NCBI GenBank assembly: GCA_049903315.1
Contig: JBNGBT010000012.1
Span: 1 to 64,000 of the forward strand
Source: Candidatus Cloacimonadota bacterium
GTDB lineage: Bacteria > Cloacimonadota > Cloacimonadia > JGIOTU-2
Direction of reading: 5' to 3'
DNA length: 64,000 bases
Shown in pieces: positions 9,959-19,467 of this stretch (the stretch's first letter is position 1; every line of letters begins with the position of its first letter). The notes under the pieces were generated by a model, which saw nothing but the letters and a program-made list of their open reading frames with translations, was not told the origin of the DNA and did no database searches. Position numbers and translations under genes: made by a program.

Positions 9959-10270
9959 TTACTGTGCTGGCTGATCCTTTATTAATGCCACTCGGAATGG
10001 ATAAAGTTCCGCAGTCATGATTCCCTGTTTGACCCCAGGATCATTGTTCATGTAGTGTATGGCTTGTTCTTCGGTATCTGTTTCAAGAATCACAATCCCA
10101 AAATCTGATGGGGCTTCACGAACCGTGCGCCCAGCAAGAATGACGATGCCTTCTTCGGTAAGCTTTTTAAGCGTGTTGAAGTGAGTCGCTACGATTGATT
10201 CGTCCTGTTCCGTCCACGCATCATTCTGCTGTAAGCGCGGAACCAGTTTCAAAGTATATAAAAATTCCAT
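9959..10270 (-). CDS. YciI family protein
   Basis: Conserved His (ATHF), LAGRT, NDPGV, ELYPF; GGAAGG RBS. Confidence 0.8.
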   Translation of the reverse strand: MEFLYTLKLVPRLQQNDAWTEQDESIVATHFNTLKKLTEEGIVILAGRTVREAPSDFGIVILETDTEEQAIHYMNNDPGVKQGIMTAELYPFRVALIKDQPAQ

Positions 10271-10302
10271 TGCACCTTCCTATGACAGGTTTCTGCTCGT
10301 AC

Positions 10303-11172
10303 TTATGGTTTTTTACTTCGAGAAAGCAGCATTCCTGTCAACATTAATGCACATCCGAAAATGCCGCGGATAGTTAATCCCTCATGCAGAATGAGCCAAC
10401 CTCCTATCACTGCGAACACAGATTCCAGGCTGAGTATCAATGCTGCGTGTGAAGAATGTGCTTCCTGCTGTGCAATTACCTGCAAAGTGAACGCAATACC
10501 CACAGAAAATACCCCCGCGAATACAATCGATTTCCAGGCTGTAAGTATAGAGGTCAAAATGATTGTTTCGAACAACAGTGCACATATCAAACTCAAAATT
10601 GATGCAAATGCAAACTGAATAAAAGCTAATTTGAGCGGATGAATTTTTGTTGAAAACCGCCCGATAACGTGAACATGAACAGCCCAGAAAAAAGCTCCTC
10701 CGAGTACAAGCAAGTCGCCAAGTATGACTTGCATATTTTGGTTCATTGAGATCAAGTAAAGCCCAAAAACCGCTAATACGGCACCAATCCATGTTCCAAA
10801 ATGGGTTTTCTCTTTCCAAGCTAATCCGAGTAAAGGAACAATGATCACATACAATCCTGTGATGAATCCTGCCTTCCCTGCGGTTGTAAACACTATACCG
10901 TTCTGCTGAAGTGAAGTTGCGGCAAAAAGAGCAAATCCCGCTGCGATGCTGCCGAATAATAGAACATTTTTATTAGATTGGGATTGTATATTGTCTTTCC
11001 AACTAAAGGATCTTTTCTTCAGGAGAAGGAGTGGTATCAGGGTAATCGCACCAAGCGCAAAACGGACTGCATTAAAGGTGAAGGGTCCCACATACTCCAT
11101 GCCTGCACGCTGCGCAACAAAACCGAATCCCCAAATTGCAGCAGCGATGAAAAGTAATATATTTGCTCTCAC
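10303..11172 (-). CDS. DMT (two EamA domain) transporter
   Basis: AAAIWGFGFVAQ, FITGLYVIIVP, LESVFA; about 10 TM. Start likely GTG 11172; the track's upstream extension overlaps a hairpin repeat. Confidence 0.85.
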   Translation of the reverse strand: MRANILLFIAAAIWGFGFVAQRAGMEYVGPFTFNAVRFALGAITLIPLLLLKKRSFSWKDNIQSQSNKNVLLFGSIAAGFALFAATSLQQNGIVFTTAGKAGFITGLYVIIVPLLGLAWKEKTHFGTWIGAVLAVFGLYLISMNQNMQVILGDLLVLGGAFFWAVHVHVIGRFSTKIHPLKLAFIQFAFASILSLICALLFETIILTSILTAWKSIVFAGVFSVGIAFTLQVIAQQEAHSSHAALILSLESVFAVIGGWLILHEGLTIRGIFGCALMLTGMLLSRSKKP

Positions 11173-11215
11173 TATGCCTACGGAACTCTCACTTCTCAGA
11201 TATATTGAAATGTAC

Positions 11216-11258
11216 AGACACCAATGGAGACGTATCAGATCCGTCCCCATTATTGCCT
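11216..11258. repeat. REP-like long hairpin between the thioredoxin and DMT genes
   Basis: Minus strand aggcaataatggggacg-gatctgata-cgtctccattggtgtct; about 17-bp imperfect stem. Confidence 0.5.
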
Positions 11259-11270
11259 AAAATGTTTCGA

Positions 11271-11807
11271 CTAATCCTTACAGTCACCTTGTTTTTCCAT
11301 GAACTGCTCAAAGCTGATCTGTTTGTCATAGCACTGCTGGTCGATATACTTGAGGATGTTCAGAAAGAGATCTGTTTGTAAATATCCCGGCACTACAGTG
11401 ATCATCTCTGCATCCTTTGTCATAAAGGCATAAGAAGGAAATCCTTTAATGCCAAATGCCGTGGTAAGTTGTTTAAGATTAAGCGTTGTCCCCTTAAAAG
11501 TGACATTAGTGGTTACGGACTCAGCATTGACGCGGATTGCAATGAAATTATCATTGATATAAGAAATAACAGATGTGTCGGCAAACGTAGTTTTATCCAT
11601 CTCATGGCACCAATGGCACCAATCTGTATAGAAATCAATTATGATATCTTTTCCATCTGTGAGTGCTGCGGAGATGCCTTCCTCAAAATCGTACCATACA
11701 ATTATTTCGACTGGTTCTTCTGGTTCCTGGGCATATAGGAAAGAGAAACCAGAAATTAATACGATAGATATCATGAGTGTTTTAATTATTTTTTTTAACA
11801 TGACCAA
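11271..11807 (-). CDS. Exported thioredoxin-family protein (DUF255/SoxW-like)
   Basis: Signal peptide; FYTDWCHWC; GFPS cis-Pro loop. Confidence 0.85.
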   Translation of the reverse strand: MVMLKKIIKTLMISIVLISGFSFLYAQEPEEPVEIIVWYDFEEGISAALTDGKDIIIDFYTDWCHWCHEMDKTTFADTSVISYINDNFIAIRVNAESVTTNVTFKGTTLNLKQLTTAFGIKGFPSYAFMTKDAEMITVVPGYLQTDLFLNILKYIDQQCYDKQISFEQFMEKQGDCKD

Positions 11808-11810
11808 TCC

Positions 11811-12692
11811 TTATTTAGGTAAATTCTCTTCTATGAGTTTTTGAAATTCGGGAACGAATTCCTCTGTGAATCCTATTTCTTTTTTTAATAGTTTTCCCGT
11901 AGGTGAAATGAAGAATGTTGTCGGGATACTCTTGATGCCGAACATTGTCGAGACTTCTCTTTCGCTATCCGTAAGCAGGACATAGTTCATATCCGTTCCA
12001 GTTGTAGCAAGCTCTTTTTTGAAATTAACTAACGTTTCAGTATCTTCTGCGCTCACTCCGATAACGGTCAGTCCCCTGTTTTTATAATTATTATAAAATT
12101 CTACAAGATATGGTATCTCTGCTTTACAGGGAGGACACCAGGTTGCCCAGAAATCAAGTATGATAAGTCCTCTGATTTCACTTAATGTAACATTATTACC
12201 TTTGAGATCCTTTAAAGTAAAATCAAATGTGTCTATAAAGGATACTGTTCCGGCTTCCACATCTTCCCATATATGCAGGTTAGCTTTAGTTTTATTTATT
12301 TTTTCGATTATCGTGTCTATACTCTCCACCCCTATGAAATAATCCTGAATATCACCATTACTGAACATCACGACTGTTGGGGTTCCGTCTTTTAAACGAA
12401 ATTTTATTTGGTTGAGAAATTGTTCATTTTTTTGAACATCCATCCTAACTATAACAACATCCTGCATTTCATTCTGAATCTCTTCAAGGGCTGCGAGCAC
12501 ATCATTACAGCTATCGCAATTTGCTGGGATAAATACAGCGACAAGAATTTCATTCATGATAAGATCATTAAAATTATCACCGGTCATCTCGATCAAAGAG
12601 CTCTTTTTAGCGGAGCAGCCAAACGCGACGACTAATCCTATGATCACAAAGACAATTCCGAACTTGTGTATGATTGTTTTTTTACTATTCAT
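11811..12692 (-). CDS. Lipoprotein with two thioredoxin-fold domains (TlpA/ResA-like C-terminal domain)
   Basis: VAFGC lipobox; CDSC in domain 1; DFWATWCPPC and IPTT in domain 2. Confidence 0.85.
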   Translation of the reverse strand: MNSKKTIIHKFGIVFVIIGLVVAFGCSAKKSSLIEMTGDNFNDLIMNEILVAVFIPANCDSCNDVLAALEEIQNEMQDVVIVRMDVQKNEQFLNQIKFRLKDGTPTVVMFSNGDIQDYFIGVESIDTIIEKINKTKANLHIWEDVEAGTVSFIDTFDFTLKDLKGNNVTLSEIRGLIILDFWATWCPPCKAEIPYLVEFYNNYKNRGLTVIGVSAEDTETLVNFKKELATTGTDMNYVLLTDSEREVSTMFGIKSIPTTFFISPTGKLLKKEIGFTEEFVPEFQKLIEENLPK

Positions 12693-12739
12693 CTATTCTC
12701 CTGAATATTTAGTTAAATACAATGTATAAATATATTTGT

Positions 12740-13600
12740 TTAAGTCAAATCGATTAAACTTGAAAAGAAAAGTTGTTGAAGTACGGGAATTTTATACGAA
12801 GTCGACCAGCGAACGCCCGTCTCATCAAGAATTTTCTGTGCAATCCTTCTACTGACATCCTTCCATAATTCCGGAGATATTGTCTGTTGCTTAAGCTCTC
12901 TTTCCAGGTCCTTTAATCTTTTTGGAACTGAGAATAGCGCACCGAATGCAAAACGAATATCTTCGATCTTCCCCCTGTTGGTTTTAAGCAAAATCGCATA
13001 ACTTAATCTGCTTATAGAAACACCTGATCTTCGTCCAAGTTTGTAAAAGCAGTATTTCCAATCTTTATCTGGCAATGGCAGTAATATTTGTGTGAGAATT
13101 TCTTCAGGATGGACATCTGTTTTGTATGGCTTGATGAGAATTGTGTCTAAAGGTACAGTTCTTACACCTCTCTCTGAACGCAATCTGACCTGCGCATCAT
13201 ATACTAGCAATGGAGCAATGCTGTCTGCACAAGCGGCAAGGTTACAGATATTCCCACCGATAGTCGCCACATTCCTTATTTGTGGAGATCCGACCTTTTC
13301 AACAGCCATTTTAAGCACAGGGTAATGTGATCGAACAAACTCATTATTACTTATCTCTTTAAAAGTAGCGCATGCCCCAATATTGCATTGGTGATTCATA
13401 ACCTCGATATTCCTGAGTTCCGGAATGTCACGAATATCAATGATATGCGCTATATTACTAAGCTTTCCATCTGGTTTACGCAACTCGATAAGCACATCGG
13501 TCCCGCCGGCAATGATCTTGCTCTGCTCACCGTTCGAATGCAGGAACCGAATGACTTTATTGAGCTCATTAAATTTATGAAATGATTGTTTTTTTTTCAT
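12740..13600 (-). CDS. Xanthine dehydrogenase family FAD-binding subunit
   Basis: IAGGTD, QIRNVATIGGN, AD..APLL; start overlaps the upstream stop. Confidence 0.9.
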   Translation of the reverse strand: MKKKQSFHKFNELNKVIRFLHSNGEQSKIIAGGTDVLIELRKPDGKLSNIAHIIDIRDIPELRNIEVMNHQCNIGACATFKEISNNEFVRSHYPVLKMAVEKVGSPQIRNVATIGGNICNLAACADSIAPLLVYDAQVRLRSERGVRTVPLDTILIKPYKTDVHPEEILTQILLPLPDKDWKYCFYKLGRRSGVSISRLSYAILLKTNRGKIEDIRFAFGALFSVPKRLKDLERELKQQTISPELWKDVSRRIAQKILDETGVRWSTSYKIPVLQQLFFSSLIDLT

Positions 13601-15960
13601 TTTTTGATTTGATGTAGCGTTTTCCCTGTCTTGATCTGTTCGAGGTCAAGCGGAAGGTTATAGAATCTTTTTCCGAGGGCATTTGCCACTGCATTATTTA
13701 TTGCTGCGGCAGTAAGTTCGAGTGCTGGCTCTCCAAGACTTTTCCCGCCAAAGGGACCGAATGTATCCGGATTTTCTACGAAAAATGCTTTGATCTCACC
13801 GATATCAACGCTGGTCGGGATGAGATATTCGTCGAAGTTAATATTTTGAATTTCTGCATTTTTGACGATTACTTCTTCCATGATGCCATACCCCGCACCC
13901 TGAGAAACACCACCATAAATTTGGCCGAGTGCTCCGAGTTTGTTTATTATTCTTCCCGAATCATGCACGGCCGTAACTGTTTTTACAAATATTTTACCGG
14001 AACCAATCTCAACTTCAACTTCAGCAATCTGACAACCGTACACATAGGTAAAATAAGCTGGCCCCTGACCGATTTCTTCATTCCAGTTAACATCAGGTGC
14101 TTTGAACCATCCATAGGCATTAAGATTTATTCCATTCATATACGCTTTATTACATGCTTCTGAAAAAGTGATCTTGTGTCCGGTTTCTTCATGAGAAATA
14201 TAATGATCAGCAAAATCGAATGTCGCCTCTAATCCAAGTTTCCATTCATTGATAAGCATTTTCTCGATTCTTTTTCTTACGATATCAGCAGCAGCTTTTA
14301 CAGCTTCTCCACCCACGAGGGTAGAACGTGAAGCGACGGTTGGTCCTCCATCAGCAATCCTGCTGGTGTCCTGTTCAAGATAGTAAATATCATCAGGGAG
14401 AATGCCAAGGACTTCTGCTGCAACCATAGAAAATGTCATGCGTAAGCCCTGTCCGTTTTCAGCCAATCCGGAAATGAGATATACGCTGCCATCCTTCTGT
14501 ATGCTTATCAGAGCACCTGTTGCGTCAACGCCTTCTGCACCAAGAGAGCACCCACGAAAACTACATGCTAACCCAATTCCCTTTTTTATTTTTGATCCCG
14601 AAAGATACTGTTCATCGCGTAATATGAGATTCTCAGAATCTGCAATATTATTATCATTCTTAGATTTTGATTCATTATATTTTGTATTAAAATTCGCTTC
14701 TATAACTGCTTTGTCCATAACCTTGTTCAAGCTTACAACATGCCCGGAAAGAGCTTGTCCGCTTGCGGTTTGAGAGTTCTGTTTATATCCATTGATTCTC
14801 CGGAACTCCAAAGGCGACATATTCAGTTTTTCTGCGATCTCATCCATCAGCGATTCTTGGGCAAATATAATTTGAGGTGAGCCAAATCCTCGAAATGCTC
14901 CGGTGTATGGATTGTTTGTATAAACTGCACGTGCATCGGTTTGCACATTTTCCACAACATAAGGACCAGTCGCCTGCACTACAGAACGCCATGTCACAAA
15001 AGGACTCATTGAGGTATATGCTCCTCCATCAGCAATGATATCAATTTTCATTGCCTTGAGAATACCCCTACTTGAAACACCTACTTTGTACTGCATTGTA
15101 TAAGGATGCCGCTTATAACTTTCATTTATTGATTCTTCACGAGAAAGCTGTATCCGAACTGGTTTGCCGACTTTTTTACATGCCACACAAGCGCGAGCCG
15201 CGAGAATATCCATTGTGTCATCTTTACCGCCGAATGAACCTCCGAGTTCATTTTGAATGATATGAATATTTGTTAGAGGTACATTCATGACTGTGGCGAC
15301 AAGTCGTCTGCAGGTAAATGGATTCTGTACCGATCCGTAAATCTTGTACACATCTCTGCGAAAATCGGGAACTGCGGTTATACATTCCGGTTCTATATAT
15401 GCATGTTCAACTGCTGGAGTAGTATATGTTCTTTCAAGAATGATGTCAGATTCCGCGAAACCTTTTTCGACATCACCCTTCCTCAAAGGGTAATGATTAA
15501 TAAGATTGGTTTTATTATCCGGATGTATCAAAGGAGCGTCTTTATCTAATGCTTTTGCGTATTCTGTTAATATCGGAAGCTCCTCAGTTTCTAAATTAAT
15601 CAGCGAAAGTGCCTTCTTAATCGAATCTTTATCAGCACCCACCACAAGAGCTACTACATCGGCAGGACAGTAAATTTTATTATAGGAAAAAACTGGCTGA
15701 TCACATTTAATTACTCCTGATAAATTCTGTCCGGGTACATCCTTAGAGGTTATAATAGCTTCAATACCAGGTACTTTTTCAGCTTTAGAAATATCTATTT
15801 TTTTAATTATTCCATGCGCTAGAGAAATATATTTCTGTGCAGTAATGCACATATCAGGAAAAGAAATATCTGCTGCATATTGCGCCCTGCCTGTCACTTT
15901 TTCGTACGCATCAGTACGGGGCAGCTCCTTGCCGACTATGCTAAATTTATCGTTCTTCAT
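13597..15960 (-). CDS. Xanthine dehydrogenase family molybdopterin-binding subunit
   Basis: RTDAYEKVTG, HAYIEPE, GGSFGGK, AFRGFGSPQ, GQG, TVASRST, KSLGEP. Start moved to ATG 15960 (MKNDKF), overlapping the upstream stop. Confidence 0.92.
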   Translation of the reverse strand: MKNDKFSIVGKELPRTDAYEKVTGRAQYAADISFPDMCITAQKYISLAHGIIKKIDISKAEKVPGIEAIITSKDVPGQNLSGVIKCDQPVFSYNKIYCPADVVALVVGADKDSIKKALSLINLETEELPILTEYAKALDKDAPLIHPDNKTNLINHYPLRKGDVEKGFAESDIILERTYTTPAVEHAYIEPECITAVPDFRRDVYKIYGSVQNPFTCRRLVATVMNVPLTNIHIIQNELGGSFGGKDDTMDILAARACVACKKVGKPVRIQLSREESINESYKRHPYTMQYKVGVSSRGILKAMKIDIIADGGAYTSMSPFVTWRSVVQATGPYVVENVQTDARAVYTNNPYTGAFRGFGSPQIIFAQESLMDEIAEKLNMSPLEFRRINGYKQNSQTASGQALSGHVVSLNKVMDKAVIEANFNTKYNESKSKNDNNIADSENLILRDEQYLSGSKIKKGIGLACSFRGCSLGAEGVDATGALISIQKDGSVYLISGLAENGQGLRMTFSMVAAEVLGILPDDIYYLEQDTSRIADGGPTVASRSTLVGGEAVKAAADIVRKRIEKMLINEWKLGLEATFDFADHYISHEETGHKITFSEACNKAYMNGINLNAYGWFKAPDVNWNEEIGQGPAYFTYVYGCQIAEVEVEIGSGKIFVKTVTAVHDSGRIINKLGALGQIYGGVSQGAGYGIMEEVIVKNAEIQNINFDEYLIPTSVDIGEIKAFFVENPDTFGPFGGKSLGEPALELTAAAINNAVANALGKRFYNLPLDLEQIKTGKTLHQIKK

Positions 15961-17314
15961 CTTGCAGAAATTGAAATTTTTCATGAATTTCTTGTGAAAT
16001 ATTATAGGCTTTTTTGTAAACTTCTTCTTCCGGATCAACAATAAAATCCTTCATAAGGAAATGCCCTTTTTTAATCACTGATTTAACCTGAGTCTCACAT
16101 GCCCCATAAAGAAAATGTCCAAGGAAATTGTCTTTATCAATAGGTGTGTACGGGCAATAGTCGAGTACAATAAAATCGGCCGAATCACCTTTTCGAAGTT
16201 TTGGAGTAGTACTGAAAAATCGATCATGAATTTCAAAGCTGTTCTTCAAAATGCGTTGTATAATATCAAACCCGATCACCGAACTTTTATTTATGTGGCG
16301 ACAAGTAAGAAATGCCATTTTAATTGTTTTGAGCATATTGCAATGCATACCGTCTGTTCCAATGAGCAAAGGAATTTCTTTTGGCACATTTGCAATATTG
16401 AGCGTCCCGACTGCATTATTGAAGTTTGAATCTGGATTATGAATAAGCGAAGAATTATGTTTTAAAATTAAATCAAAATCTTTTTCCACAAGATGATTTC
16501 CGTGTGCAAGAAAAGTGAGATCATTCAGCATATCGAACTTTTCTAATCTCTCACAGATAGTGAGTCCATATTTTTCTTCTGAGAATTGAGCATCAAAAAT
16601 ATCTTCTGCAGCGTGGATATGATAACCGCATCCGAGATCCCGAGTTTCTTCCTCAATATATTTCAACGTCTGATCGGAGAGTGTAAACAGCGCATGGAGT
16701 CCGAATTGTCCTTTAAAGTCTGCGGTAGTTCGGTACTTGATAAAAGAAAAATTTTCCTCTACTGCATGCTTCATGTTCTCTTCACCATTCCTGTCAGATA
16801 CCTCATAAGATAGAACTGCATTAAGCTCGCGTGTCTTTAAAACTTTCTTGATAATATTTTCGCTGTCTTTAATGAAGTCCGGGGATGAGTGATGATCAAA
16901 TAATGTGAGAACACCATTTTTTATCGCTTCTATTGCAGCGAGTTCTGCACTTACTTCAACAGCCTGCTCACTCAACACTCTATCGAGTTTCCACCAGAGA
17001 TTTTCCAGAATCTCTACAAAGTCATCCATTTTGCCTGTTACAGGTAATCCTTTGCTGAGGCGTGAGTAGATATGTTCGTGAAAATTTGTTAAAGGCGGTA
17101 AAACCATTCGTCCTTGTGCATCATACTGTCTTTCATCACCTTCGTCGCTTCCGGTCATTGTCGTCACAACCGGCTTCTTTAAAAAATCAATATAGGATGT
17201 CTGTTTGATCTCATGAATGAGTTCATCTTCAATGATTATGTCGCCGAATATAGGAACAAAAGCTCCGTCAACAAACTGGCATATTAAAGCGTTATTAATA
17301 CGTATATTATTCAT
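15947..17314 (-). CDS. ssnA: SsnA-like amidohydrolase
   Basis: NFHEHIYS, LENLWWKLD, DHHSSP, GLHALFT, HIHAAED, HNPDSNFNNAVG, GTDG; adjacent to XDH genes. Confidence 0.75.
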   Translation of the reverse strand: MNNIRINNALICQFVDGAFVPIFGDIIIEDELIHEIKQTSYIDFLKKPVVTTMTGSDEGDERQYDAQGRMVLPPLTNFHEHIYSRLSKGLPVTGKMDDFVEILENLWWKLDRVLSEQAVEVSAELAAIEAIKNGVLTLFDHHSSPDFIKDSENIIKKVLKTRELNAVLSYEVSDRNGEENMKHAVEENFSFIKYRTTADFKGQFGLHALFTLSDQTLKYIEEETRDLGCGYHIHAAEDIFDAQFSEEKYGLTICERLEKFDMLNDLTFLAHGNHLVEKDFDLILKHNSSLIHNPDSNFNNAVGTLNIANVPKEIPLLIGTDGMHCNMLKTIKMAFLTCRHINKSSVIGFDIIQRILKNSFEIHDRFFSTTPKLRKGDSADFIVLDYCPYTPIDKDNFLGHFLYGACETQVKSVIKKGHFLMKDFIVDPEEEVYKKAYNISQEIHEKFQFLQDEER

Positions 17315-17389
17315 ATTTATTTCCTAACGTCTTTTCTATAACAGAAAAGAGGATATTTGTGTCAAATTTATTGAACAAACATCTAAGAA

Positions 17390-17794
17390 TTATTTTGCCT
17401 TTTTGGTTGAAGCGATAATAATTTTTTGAATTCCGTTGATACGGGCGATGTCCATAACTTCCATAACTGCACCATGAGTAACACTTTTATCTGCCTTGAG
17501 AAGCAGGCTCCGATCAGAAGATTCTCCTGCAAGCTTTTCAAACTGGGCGCGAAGGTCATCAATTGTAATCGCATTTCCATTAAAAAAGATATCTCCATCA
17601 GGTTGAATAATTACTTCAAGATCATTTCCTGTAGAGGATGATGCGGAGTCTGAATCAGGAAGATCAAGCTTCATTCCAGGTTGTTCAATAAAGTTGGTAG
17701 AAACCATGAAAAAAATCAACAGAAGCAGTACTACATCGATAAGTGATGTAATGTTAATAGCAACACGTCGCCTTTTCTTATTCAGGAGCTGCAT
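17390..17794 (-). CDS. exbD: ExbD/TolR biopolymer transporter
   Basis: INITSLIDVVLLLLIFFMV; LKADK...VMEVMD. Confidence 0.9.
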   Translation of the reverse strand: MQLLNKKRRRVAINITSLIDVVLLLLIFFMVSTNFIEQPGMKLDLPDSDSASSSTGNDLEVIIQPDGDIFFNGNAITIDDLRAQFEKLAGESSDRSLLLKADKSVTHGAVMEVMDIARINGIQKIIIASTKKAK

Positions 17795-18422
17795 AGTCGT
17801 CTTCCTTCTTCGTATGATTGATCTTCTTCACAAGGTTATTTGTTATATTCTCAATGTCAAGGATCAGGTCCTCGGATTTTCTTATGAAATAATTATAACA
17901 AATCAACGCAGGGATCGCCACAGTAAGTCCGAAAGCAGTAGTAAGAAGTGCTTCAGAAATTCCACCAGAAAGTGCAGACGCATTCCCTACACCCTGAGAA
18001 GTGATCACGCTAAAAACCTTTATCATACCTAAAACGGTGCCGAGTAGCCCAAGTATCGGTGCTACAGAAGCAATGGTTTCGAGAATGCCAAGCCTTTTTT
18101 CAAGAGTTCGAAGCTCCTGCCGGACATTGTTCACGATCTCTTCCTTCATTCGCTGATAAGGCAGTTTCCTATGATTCAGCACGATAAGAATTATCCGTGC
18201 AAGCAGGCTTTTATTCTGTGTACATACAGAAGTCACCAGACTGATGTCATCCTCTGAGCCATAATTCTCCACAATCTTTTCTATTTCAGGCGGGAGCACT
18301 TTTCTTGCGCGGAGTGTGATCAGTTTCTCGATTATAACTGCAAGTGACAGAATACTGCAAATAAAGAGTGGTATCATCAGGACACCACCTTTGGACAGGA
18401 ACACTAAAATTTCAGAAAACAT
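17778..18422 (-). CDS. exbB: ExbB/TolQ/MotA proton channel
   Basis: APILGLLGTVLGMI, GISEALLTTAFGL. Confidence 0.9.
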   Translation of the reverse strand: MFSEILVFLSKGGVLMIPLFICSILSLAVIIEKLITLRARKVLPPEIEKIVENYGSEDDISLVTSVCTQNKSLLARIILIVLNHRKLPYQRMKEEIVNNVRQELRTLEKRLGILETIASVAPILGLLGTVLGMIKVFSVITSQGVGNASALSGGISEALLTTAFGLTVAIPALICYNYFIRKSEDLILDIENITNNLVKKINHTKKEDDYAAPE

Positions 18423-18440
18423 AGATCTCCTCTATTAAAT

Positions 18441-19286
18441 TTATTTATATTTTTTTTCTACTATATATGAGAACAAGGAAGTCACAACCAAGTAATCCTC
18501 GGGGAAATCCTTTGGCAGAGGTAGGAACGGTGCTGAGATTGTAATCGATCCAGTGCTTGCCTGCACAAGAGAATTATGAGCTTCTGAATGGAGTACCTTC
18601 ACATCTTTTAATGTACCATTTGGCATAATAATGAATCTAACCAACACATCTCCGTGTATGAGACCAAGATATGTAAATCCTGGCGGAGGATTCAAATTAC
18701 CTTGAATTTTCTTCTTCAAATAAAGCATATAAGGAGCAAAATTCCAATTGTATGTATTGAAACTCACTCCTCCTGCTTTCTCAACTTCCGACTTCACATT
18801 TTTATAATCAGGTTGCGGTGGAAGGTACACACTTTCCGGTTGTACATGAGGAATTTGCTTTTCTTTGTCTTCCCTCATAACAATTTCATCAAACTGTTCC
18901 AGAGATTCTTGCTCTGGCGTCTCTTGAACTGCTTCTTCCGGCTCATTTTCCTGCTGCATCTCAACAGACTCTGTTTCGGGAAATTCCTTGATCTCCATAT
19001 CGCCTTCGCTAAAGGGATTCACATCAATCGGGAGTTCGCCCTCATTTTCATCAGCGGCAGCTATATTCTTATCTGATACGAGATTTTGCTTTTCACCATT
19101 CTCATCTTCCGGAATATCAGGTGTTTCTATGAATTCAAAGGCGATACGTTTTTCTTCTCTATCTTGCTGTTCTTGCTTGAGAGCTATTAACTCAATTTTT
19201 GAAAGATGAGGAAAAAAAAGTAGTACAAGTAAATGTGCAAGCAGCGAGAGAATAAGGGCAATCCAGAGTATTCGTTTTGAATTCAT
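18441..19286 (-). CDS. TonB/TolA-like energy transducer
   Basis: TM with SLLAH (S-x3-H) motif; acidic/Pro linker; C-terminal VRFIIMPNG...APFLPLP domain. Confidence 0.75.
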   Translation of the reverse strand: MNSKRILWIALILSLLAHLLVLLFFPHLSKIELIALKQEQQDREEKRIAFEFIETPDIPEDENGEKQNLVSDKNIAAADENEGELPIDVNPFSEGDMEIKEFPETESVEMQQENEPEEAVQETPEQESLEQFDEIVMREDKEKQIPHVQPESVYLPPQPDYKNVKSEVEKAGGVSFNTYNWNFAPYMLYLKKKIQGNLNPPPGFTYLGLIHGDVLVRFIIMPNGTLKDVKVLHSEAHNSLVQASTGSITISAPFLPLPKDFPEDYLVVTSLFSYIVEKKYK

Positions 19287-19467
19287 GAGTGTGAAAGTTA
19301 TATCTTTGAGATATTGAGCAGGAGTATAGTAAATTTTCCTAAATTATGAGGAATGCCGGATAATTTAACCCTGAGGATTTTTTTATATATATTAATCAAC
19401 AAATCAATGCTCGCTTATTCAAACTTTATTTATAGGATGAGGAGCGGTGATAAAAGTTTAATATCAT

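Noticed and set aside
15961..16041. N-terminal extensions given by the ORF track (XDH 16041, DMT 11250, SDH 48720, aminotransferase 59127, PAP2 60112, TraB 26927)
   Set aside because: They overlap upstream genes, promoters or repeats; downstream starts fit family N-termini better.
11271..17314. Selenocysteine (UGA) recoding in the thioredoxin/XDH/SsnA genes; hairpin at 11216-11258 as a SECIS
   Set aside because: All these frames are intact with Cys at the redox motifs, the thioredoxin ends in TAG, and the hairpin looks like a REP-type repeat.
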